In this document: piece by piece, positions 54,381 through 64,000 of the stretch | How positions within the stretch are numbered: the stretch's first letter is position 1 | Layout of the letters: every line of letters begins with the position of its first letter | Assembly (NCBI GenBank): GCA_023515725.1 | Contig: JALDTO010000266.1 | Span: forward strand, 1,403,580-1,467,579 | DNA length: 64,000 nt | Direction: 5' to 3' | Origin: Amoeboaphelidium protococcarum X5 | Taxonomy: Eukaryota > Fungi > Aphelidiomycota | Notes under the pieces: model-generated | Databases searched by the model: none | What the model was told of the DNA's origin: nothing | What the model saw: only the letters and a program-made list of their open reading frames with translations | Translations under genes and position numbers: made by a program

Positions 54381-56933
54381 ATGACAGTGTTTAATAAGGC
54401 TTTAACCTGTGCATGGCTGTTAACCGTTTCCTAGTTTACTCGTGCTGCTGTGCCTGTCATTGGTGGCGGGTCAACATTTCAGACTGATATTCAGATCATC
54501 TTTAATGATTATTATGCTTTCTCTTTGAATTCCACGGGTGTGGTGAGTTACAATTCTACTGGAAGTTCAGCGGGACTTAGTTAGACTATTGCTGGACTGT
54601 ACATGTTTGGTGGTTCTGATTTCCGTCCTCCCGTTGGTTCAACTGTGCAGGCTATCCCTATCTACGCTGGTGGTGTGTCTGTGGTTTACAACGTCCCTGA
54701 GTTGTAATCTGCAAATATAAACTTGAGGCTATCTCGCAGTGCTCTGGTTGGTATTTTTAGTGGTCAGGTCAAAAAATGGAATGATCCTTTGATTGTGGCT
54801 GCTAATCCTTTGGCGACCTCTATACTGCCTAATTAGAACATCACAATCGTTCGTCGTTCTGATGGTAGTGGTACGACTTTTGCCTTCACATCAGGTCTAT
54901 CATCAGTCGATAGTACAACATGGGTATATGGTGGAAACACAGTGTTCAACTGGACTTGGGCATAGAATATTGCCGCTGCTGGTAGTTCTGGTGTGGCTAA
55001 GAATGTTCTCGGATTGAGGTACAGTATTGGATATGTCGATTCTTACATTGCCACTGATTATCAGATCTAGTCGGCCTCCATATAGAACAAGAAGCTGGAA
55101 TACATTGAGCCGTCCTCTCAGTCCATTAATGCTGGCTTTCAGCGTATCTAAGGCGCCAATTTCGATATCCAAGACTTTATTGATGTGGATGAGACTGGTG
55201 CGTACCCGTTTGTTGTGTTTACGTACAATCTTTTGAATGATAATATGAAGCAATTCTTCTCTATCACTCAGGTGCGTGAGACGTTGAAGTATCTGTATTG
55301 GTGTTTGACTGATAACTTTGCCACCAACTCTCTGCTTGCCAATACTCTGATTCCTGTCCAATAGAATATTAGAGATGTTAATTTGAATTTGCTCAAGACG
55401 TACAAGTATGGTGATGTTTAAGTCTTTGGTTAATCTCCGTGTGACGCTCCCAACTAGTGCAAGAATGGTGGTTAGTGCAGTGTTATCTACCCGTTCACTG
55501 ATCCTGTGGTGAAGTGCAAGTGTAATGCTTTGTTCACCAATGTCATTAATAGCGATTGTTCAGAGCTCTCTCCAGGAGAATTTGTCGATCTTCCTTAATT
55601 ACCTGCAGTCTTGATGACCATATTCGCTCTGGCTGGCATTTTGTACACCATAGTCATGGGTCTCATGCTGGTCACCAGAGCTGATCATCCTGTGGTGAAA
55701 GCCATGAGCCCATTCTTTTGCTTCTGGATTCTCGCTGGCTGTATTTTGAGTTATGTCTCTGTGTTCCTGTTCATCGGAGAGCCTAACAATTTTACTTGTG
55801 GTGCACGTCCTTGGTTCCTCTCGACTGCATTTGGTGCCGTGTTTGGTATGCTTGCTGCAAAGACGTGGCGTATTTACTCCATTTTTGGTAATGTTAAGCG
55901 TATGGAGGAGAGTCTTACCAACTTGAATCTGTTCATTCGCTTCGGAGGTGTCGTGCTGAGCAGTGAATGGCTATTGGCGATCATCTGGTCCGGTGCGGGT
56001 ATCTTGTAGCCTTACAACACATTCGCTGAGAACGGACTTAGCGTGGCTAGAACTTGTGCGTCTCTGAATGGAGATTTGTAGACGGCCATGTCTGTCTTAT
56101 TTTATCTCTCTAATGCAGCCTTGTTGGCGTTCTGCATTTATCTTGCTTACAAGACGCGTAGTTATCAGTATCAGTACAATGAGAATCGTGAAATATCTCT
56201 AACATTGTCCTTGATCACGTTCCAACTGGTGATTGGTATCCCTTTGACGTATGTTGTCGCTTTGGATCATGAAGCTGTTTTTGTCATTACAGCTGTGACT
56301 CTCACCCTGGTGCCGTTCACTGTGACTACAGTCATGTTTGGACCAAAGTTTTACAGCCTTTACTTGGCCAAGTTCTTCAAGAAGGAGGGCGCTTATGATA
56401 TTGGAAAGTCTACGTTTGGTGCTAGTGCTACAAATGCCTCCACTGCAACTGGAGGTGCAGCAGTGAGAAAGAGTACCGAAATTCTGCCATCTGGACTGTC
56501 TTTCTGGCATTGCAGTCTGAAGCGTAATCGTATCGGTTCTCCGTGGTTTATGTGCACCATTGCCATTGTACCGGAGATTAATTGGATTGCGTTTGTCGAC
56601 GATTGGGCCAATTCCTCCCCAAAAGTGTACGAAGTCTTCAAGTTTACCGATGTGAGTTTCTCTGATCAAGTGCCGAAAGGTCAGGACCCTGAGACAAGTA
56701 CACTGCTGAAAGTGGGCGCTGTTGAATACATCATGGAAGTGAAGACTAAAGAGTACATGGCAAAGTTCAATAAAGTCTTATCTAAAGTTTAGCACGGCGC
56801 TGAAGCCAATGTCAAGATTAAGAATACTGCCACTGGTGAGAGTGTCAAGCAGCCAGCAACTATTGATCGATCGGCCAAGATTGATAGAACTGCAACTGAG
56901 AAAAAGATGATTATTGAGTAGGATAAACTATGA
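54381..56933 (+). CDS. Class C-type GPCR with PstS-like phosphate-binding ectodomain, EGF-like module and PH-like tail; paralog A (850 aa)
   Basis: Signal peptide; PstS motifs GGGSTF, TGSSAG, FGGSD, WNDPLI, RRSDGSGTT, SIGYV, YPF; EGF C..C.NGG.C..C.C..C; class C 7TM motifs HPVVKAMSP, KTWRIYSIF, AYKTR..YNE, FGPKF. Confidence 0.85.
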
Positions 56934-57189
56934 TGATGTATTAGGTCGCACTATGATACATAAAGGATGATAATAATTGATTACAGGTTTATAATAAAGT
57001 TTAAAGTTGATGATGATATCTGTCTCTTTTAATGTACTGTATGAACAAAAATGAAACTTCAACACATGGAAATCCTATTGCATCAAAATCTAAACTTTAT
57101 CAACCTTTATTACCAATTTCATCAAGTAAACCAAATTCTTTCACCTCAGTCATTATTAATTTCATAGCGGGTTGATACATTCATGTTGT

Positions 57190-58872
57190 TCAATCAGCCA
57201 AAATAGACTTTATCTCGGCAGACTGCATGAATCTGGGGTAACTAGCCTTTTGCATCAGCTGGAAAATGTGGTCATACGCATCACGCAGAACATTAATGTC
57301 AAGAGATGTTGGATTGGCCTCTGCGGTCTTAATGTCAGCCAGGATTGTATCACGCGTACCTGCTAGCAAATTCAACTCATTAGGACTTCCAATGGCGACA
57401 AAGTTGTAACAAATCTCTTTACACTTTATGAAATACTCCGTGCGGTCCATAATAGACTCCAGCTCTTGACAAGCTAAGTAGAACTTCAAGTTCTCAGTTG
57501 AGTAATCCTTCTCCAAGAAGGTCATGAACCACTTCAATCCAAGAGGATCCTGTAGAACATCACGCAACCCCAAATTCCACATACGCGCATGACTGAAAGA
57601 AGGAGTATCTGGCACAGGTACCTCGACATACTTCTCCGTCTCAGACTTATCCCATGGGTTGTTCTTGTGCAAGTCAGAGCGAACCAGCGGATCAAATCTA
57701 GAGTACATGTCAATACGCGTAATAAGATTCTTGACCGCCGTGGAGGTTGGCAGACGATAGATGTTCAGACAGGCAGTAAGATTCTCCACCTACTTCTTAA
57801 GATAAGCCTCCACTTTGGCTTCATCTTTCAACTTCTTCTCATACTTCTCCGGGCTATAGCGGTGCTTCTTGATCTTGGTGATTGGCGTCTCCTCAATGTA
57901 AAGGCGACTGGCTTTCAGCGGTCTCTGCACCTTCCAGAAGGCAGCTTCACGCAATTCAAATAGCTTCTTCTCACCACGATCCAGCCTGCTAAAGTGAGCC
58001 TTCTGCTTGTCCTTCATCTCTCTGATGAGATCTTATTTGAACTCAACAGCCTGTCCCAGGGTGGCAAGGCGCTCCTTCTCCTCCGAGTTCAAGTTGGATT
58101 TACGCTTCAAGTACAGGTAGTAATCCAGATCAGAAGTGTCCCAGAAACGACTAGGATAAAAGAAGTCAGCCTGGTACGTGTACAAGGAGTCATCTTCACG
58201 ATACACCTGCTGACTATCATCGACCGGGATGATGTAGCCGTTGTCAGTCATGTTTTAGATGATCAACTTGGCATCAGCCGGGTTCAGAGCATTCAGCTCC
58301 TTCAAGAACCACACGGCAATATCATAACCAGTAGCGCACAGTGGCTGAACATTAAGCAGTCCTTTGATGTCCTTAAAGTGGACACCATCCACGGGATCGC
58401 GCAACTTACGCAGCAACTTTTCGTAACGCTCAAAGCGGGCCTTGACAGCGAAAGATTACCAGCGAGGCGCCACAGACAGCAGCTTTGATTAAAGCAATGC
58501 CAGCTTGTAGTCCTTCTCCTCAACATAAATCTCCTTCTTACCCGAGACTGTAGTGTTGATAGATGTACCCGCATTTTTGCTATTCAACGACTCACTCGAT
58601 ATGCTGATCCTACTGCCTTTGGTACCAGAGAAAGCCTTACTGATGATGGAGGTCTGCCTGTTATTCTTGGATACGATGGACATGTTGTCATCAACGATGG
58701 TACTATCTCTTGTGGTTGATGTAATGATATCTCCACCAAGAGATGGTTATGGCGATATACCAGAGCTGGCAGCAGATGCAGTCTTCTTGCGATAGTAAGA
58801 TTGCTCCTATTGTTTCATAGCCAGCTTCTTCAGTGCAGCCTTAGTCTCTTACAAATCTTCGGTATCACTCAT
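57190..58872 (-). CDS. R7-family-like RGS protein (DEP-DHEX-GGL-RGS, 560 aa)
   Basis: DEP (CATGYDIAVWF...NGYIIPV), DHEX (ELREAAFWKVQRP), GGL (YSRFDPLV...NNPW), RGS (WNLGLRDVLQDPLGLKWFMTFLEKDYSTENLKFYLAC...LMQKASYPRF). Confidence 0.88.
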
Positions 58873-59397
58873 TTTAGTATTGATTGTATTGCTAGTGGGT
58901 TTTAAAAACAATAAATTTAAATTTGGTCAGTATAAATAATTAACAGATTATACACCAACTTTAAATGAGAGGAAGGCTGTATAAGCGTTGCCTAGTTCAG
59001 TCAGTGGCGAGTAAAAGTTTCATGATGAAGCCATAAACAATAGCCAGTAAATGGTTTGGTATAAAAATAAACTCTGATGGAAACCTCACCAAGTTCCCAC
59101 AGTTTATGCCGGTAACTATGTAGGATAAACTCGGTTCTTAGATGCAATACTATATGTATTATTATCTGGGGGCCACTAATGCGTGCGTACATTAAAATCC
59201 ATACAGTGTGTTACATGTGTTACCATATAACACGATTCCGTACTATACTATTTAGTCTCGGTATATTTTGGCAGAGGGGGCAACTGATTACGCAAAAGTC
59301 AGCTGTCAACAGGCCAACCTGAAACGAATCTAAACTATGACGTATCTATCATTTTTAAAGCACCAAGATACCGTTTACAAGATGGAAATATGCATAA

Positions 59398-60619
59398 TAG
59401 TCCGTTTGAACAACATGTCAAAACCTCAAAAAGTATTATTAACCAAAGCTTATTAACGTTCAAAGAAAATGACTCCCGGTGAAATCGAGGTCATAGAACG
59501 TCTTAAAGCTAAGGATTATGGCTATACAGTTATGGCCGACGCTGTAGGCCGGTCTGAAGCCTCTATCCGTTATTGCTTTAGCCGCAAAGCAGCATCTTAG
59601 CGACTTCCCCCCCCCCCAAAGAAACGATTAGAAATCCGAATAGAGGACGTCGAATTAGTACTATTTCGAAGTTGGCTGCAGCCAGAAGTCCGCGTTCTTC
59701 AGTTAGATCGTTGAGAGGAAAGCTTGCGTAGGAAGTCGGTACTGATTAGCCTCTGCCGAGCACAACAAGCATATATAGGCGCCTCAAATCATCTGGGATA
59801 GCAAAAAGAGTCTGTCCGAAGAAACCTGCAATAGCTTTGGTGAATTAAAGTCGTCGAGTTGCGTGGTGTAAGCTAATGAAAGAGGCGCTTCGGAAGGACC
59901 CAAATTTGATCAAACGTTTGATCATATCTGACGAGTCCACCGAACGTCAATTTCCAGTGCGAGGCAAAGTTATGGCTTGGGCACTCTCTAAACTTGCTAG
60001 AAAGAAGCTTCCCATAAATCCCCAACGTCAGTAGGGTGGTATATCAGTGATGTTCTTCGGCTCCATGAGTTGGCATGGATTTGGACCCTTGATTCCTCTG
60101 GAGGGCAACCAAAATGGATAATCCTATATAAAAACTATTGATAATGCGGTAATTCCCTATATTAAAAAGTTGAGAAAAGATCATGGTGTAAGACCAGTTT
60201 TTCAGCAAGATAATGCACGCTGTCATACCGCGAAAATTGTGTAAGAGCACTTCAAAACGCAGCGCGTGACGCTTCTCTAGGATGAGCTCGGACCTGACGG
60301 AAAATGGCCTGCATCTAGTCCTGGCCTGTCCCCGATTGAAAATGCATGGGCTCATGTGAAGAGATTGCGTCGTGAGAGGTATCCTACGCCAAAAACCAGA
60401 GAAGAGCTCATAAATCAGTTCACCGCTGTATGGGAAGGTTTGACGGTATAATACGCTCGTAAGCTCATGGAATCACTTCCAAATCGTATAGAAGAGCGTA
60501 TTAAAGCTAAAGGACAGACGATTGATTATTGATATCTTATTTTTTGACGAAATTGTGACTATAATATTGATTGATTTGATCGCTCGCTTTCGTTTGTGAC
60601 AAAAAAGTGAAACGGACTG
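59398..60619 (+). mobile_element. Tc1/mariner (IS630-Tc1) DNA transposon with degenerate TIRs
   Basis: Left end tAGTCCGTTT...TGTCA; the right end reverse-complements to TA|CAGTCCGTTT...TGTCA; contains a transposase. Confidence 0.8.
59416..60532 (+). pseudogene. Tc1-like transposase with one frameshift (~59607-59640)
   Basis: HTH (MADAVGRSEASIR) lies in one frame. SIYRRLK, KKPAI...RRVAWCK, IISDES, FQQDNARCHTA and WPASSPGLSPIENAW lie in another frame, with a C11 tract at the junction. Confidence 0.8.
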
Positions 60620-60701
60620 TATCATCATAATTTATAACCACTTTATATCATCTTTTATTTAAATCTTCCACACCATCTTAATTAATGTAACCCTTAAAAA
60701 A

Positions 60702-63245
60702 TCAATTGTCGTCCACAACGCTGGAACTGATGGATGACGATGCCTTGGTAGCAACGGCCTTGTTCAACTCCAAAGCAGTCTGCTGAATACGCGGGAAAAA
60801 CTTTTTGAATCTAGCCATCATATCCTTGTTCTTACTCTCCAGTGAATACTCACCGGTTGGGTGCTTGATTACACAACTCTCAGGCGTGTCACCATCAGCC
60901 AACTAACACTCGGTCAATTTCAAAGACTCGTACACTTTCAACTGGGAGCTGGTCATATCTTCAACGGCGGCGAACCAGTTCAACTCTGGAATCACAAAAA
61001 TCACAGCTTACAACCATGCAGCACCTAAACGCTTCTTACGGATGGAAAACTGCCAGAAACTCAAACCAGACTGACTGACATCACCAAAATTCTTATTACC
61101 TGAATTCTCAGCCGTGGCTGTACGAGCAAAAATGGAGTTGGACATATCATAGGCCAAACTCTTTCTGAAGAAGCGGGCAAAATACAACTCATAAACCTTG
61201 GAGCCAAACATGATCGACGTGATGAAGAGTGGGCACAAGATAAGCAGCAAGCACGTAAGAATATTAATGGAGTTGTAATCCAGCGATGGCAAGTACACTA
61301 GCGGCAGACCTACAAGCAGTGGCAGAATGGTGGTATAGATGGCGAAGGAGATCGACTTGGACTCATTAAACTTTTCACCAGCATATCTAGTCTGAAATGC
61401 GACATAAATACATGCACAAAGCAAGATTGCGTTAAATACGTACAACAAAGCACTCATAGTGGACGCGACGGTAGCATTGCCAGAGACACAAGTCTTCACG
61501 ACAAAATTGGACGCATTCAGCACCACGGTTGGCTTCAAAGGTGATGCGGCCACCCAGATGATGCTCAACAACAACTCGAGACCACAAATGACTGATCCGA
61601 AACGCAGCAATAGACTTGCATCAGATAATGATTAATTCACACGACGCAGATTACCAAAAATAGTGTACACACGATAATTCTTCGCAGTCATCATACCAAA
61701 CACCAAGCCAAATGCAATGGACAACCAAAATGGACGCGCATTACACATAAAATCGTTTGGCTCACCCAAGAATAAGAAAACTCCTGTATAACTAATGGTA
61801 CAACCACCCAGAATCAGTAAACTAAAGGTTGGTGAAATGGCCTTGATCAATGGGTGATTTCTACGGAACACCAACATCATAGCAACCACACCATTATATA
61901 TAATTCCGGATATGGCAAGAAACAGTAGGAAACCATTAATCGGCTCCTGGTAAGTAATAAACAGGGACGGCGTTAATTCGCTACAATCATTATTAAGATT
62001 ATTGGTGTACAACTTTGGACAGCTACATCTTATAGTAGCCGGAATGAATGGACTCGTCTTTACGGGACACACACCACCATTCTGGCACAGGCCATCAAAA
62101 TCACAGACAGAGGTGCCATACAATGGTTTGGAATCACTGTACACAAACTACTGTAGTGTTGAGATAGCATTCTGCAAGTTGGCACTATCCAGCTGCACGT
62201 AAGAGAATCTAGAGATAACACGCTAAGCATACGTATCAGTGTAGGTCCAGTAAATGTAACGCATAACAGATCTAAACTGATCAACGTTATAGTATCTAGA
62301 GACATTCTTATTCAGAGCATAGAACGTGAACGTGGTGATAGGATACGAGCCACTGGCAGTAGAATCAACATTACCGAGCGTCTCATAGTTACCCTGAGCA
62401 GCGGCCAGAGCAATCTGAGCAGAAGTCTAGTTGGCCACAGTAAGCTCATTCTGTCTGTTATAAAGACGAGCGTAATCAATCTACTTTGTCGCAGCATCAG
62501 CCAAATCAAGATATCCAACAGAGTAAGCATTACCAATGATGTTCTAAACCACACCGATGGAACCAGCACCACGAGCAAAAGGTGTCAAACCAGCATTGCC
62601 CCAATTAGGAAGACCATTCACACCAACTTTACTGCTCCACTCCGGAGACACCTTGGTCAGAAACTGAGTGAAAGCCGTTGTAGTTCCAGAACTATCATTA
62701 CGCACAATGACTTTGATATCCTGATTGACACTAGAAAGACTAGGATTGTTTGCCACTAAAGCAGGATCATTCCATCTAATTATTGTGCCATTAAATATCT
62801 TCACAACAGTCATGCGGTCCATGATGAGGGAACAACTCTGAGAGGAACATCCAATATCAGGCACATTATAAGTAATGACGATTGCAGAACCAAAGGTGGG
62901 TAGAGTGACAAAAGAGTTGGCAAACTCAGGTGCAATAACAGATGGCAGAGCATCAGTACTACCCCAAGCAGCACCACCATTCGCAGCTGTTCTCACACCA
63001 GATCCGGAACCAACTGCAGAATACTGAATAGAAGTGTTGGCATAACTAAAAGGTAAACTGTTATATGACAGAGCCCAATCAAACTAAACTTGAGCCTGCA
63101 GCGTAGATCCAGCGCCTTAAAGACCTACACAATACTCATTTAAAGGTTATTCGAAACAGCTATCTTATAAAATGTTCTATCAAAACTTACTTGCTTATAT
63201 AAGAGTTGCATACAATGCGGCAAAAGCAAAGTTTGTTAGTATCAT
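60702..63245 (-). CDS. Class C-type GPCR with PstS-like ectodomain, EGF-like module and PH-like tail; paralog B (intron 63190-63125)
   Basis: MILTNFAFAALYATLIQA|SLQGAGSTL, SAVGSGSG, WGSTD, WNDPAL, VRNDSSGTT, SVGYL; CQNGGVC EGF; HPLIKAISP, KNYRVYTIF, FQTR...FNESKSI, FGSKV. Confidence 0.85.
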
Positions 63246-64000
63246 CTTTCAAACAATGTACTGAATGATCCAACAGGTAATAATTAATGATGATGACGAT
63301 GATGATGATATATGTTTCAGCAGAGTCTAGTGATGGATGATAAGTGATAGACAATACGCTGATAAATCAAGCCTATATCAGAAATATAATATCAGAATAC
63401 TCGCCAAGCAGCACTATTGGACAAGGTGATAGTTGTATATCTAATAAATGAGAAGGATGGGAAAGCCCATAAATCGATTGTTTGTTGTAGTTTGCCGTTC
63501 TCTCATGAGTTCTTACAATAATACGCATAAGCTTTCTGCATAGCAACGGCGTAATCAGTTGTAAGAATGGTCTGGCAAGATGAAATTGGGGAGATTAGTT
63601 CTTACATCGTCGATACATTAATTGTCTCGCTTTTGCAGAAAAGACACTTTACAAATAATGTGACAAAGCAGGTGGAAAATGAACCAGCATTGTATGAAAA
63701 AAGATTGATCAAAATGAATATTAGCTCGATACGCAGTTGTAATGCAAGTCAGCAATGAATCACGCGTTCCTCAAAAGAGTTGAGCAGATAAAAAATCTGG
63801 ATATAGTATTGAAAAAACACAGGCTAGTAAAGTACGAATACCATTCCGTGCCGGATAATGTTATATGAAGAAAGCGAACAGTGTCAATGAAACCTCGACG
63901 CAGTACCCGAACTATTTCTTCTGTGCTTGACTGCGACTTGTGAACCCATCTATCTCCTCTGTGTATGTTCATCGTAAACGCGCACAATCACTCTCTCGAA

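Noticed and set aside
63560-64000. Short ORFs at the window end
   Set aside because: No homology or clear gene structure; possibly the tail of a gene outside the window.

Overview
Gene-dense eukaryotic (opisthokont, fungus-related) nuclear DNA that uses a non-standard genetic code: TAA and TAG encode Gln and TGA is the only stop (translation table 6). The supplied standard-code ORF track is therefore fragmented; I re-read all genes by hand under code 6. The code, compact genes with few short introns and amoeboid cytoskeleton genes fit an aphelid such as Amoeboaphelidium (inference). About 26 protein genes are present: WAVE/SCAR, glycine decarboxylase P, an inverted duplicated NmrA-like gene pair, ALY/YRA1, GH18 chitinase, alpha-actinin, ABCE1, YME2, a DCAF6-like WD40 protein, an ENT transporter, MCM2, TTC36, ATP synthase beta, a HAD phosphatase, MtnB/APIP, a cupin, BLM10/PA200, I-BAR-SH3, LASP-like and VIT-vWA proteins, plus a Tc1-like transposon. 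The most notable locus is 54.4-63.2 kb. Two paralogous class C GPCRs, each with a bacterial PstS-type phosphate-binding ectodomain (binding motifs retained), an EGF-like module and a PH-like tail, flank a complete R7-family RGS gene (DEP-DHEX-GGL-RGS). This is a candidate 'metabotropic phosphate receptor' module that parallels the animal GPR158-RGS7 system. A hidden secreted CE-clan (Ulp1/YopJ-like) protease is a second highlight. All family calls come from motif recognition by eye; no searches were run.
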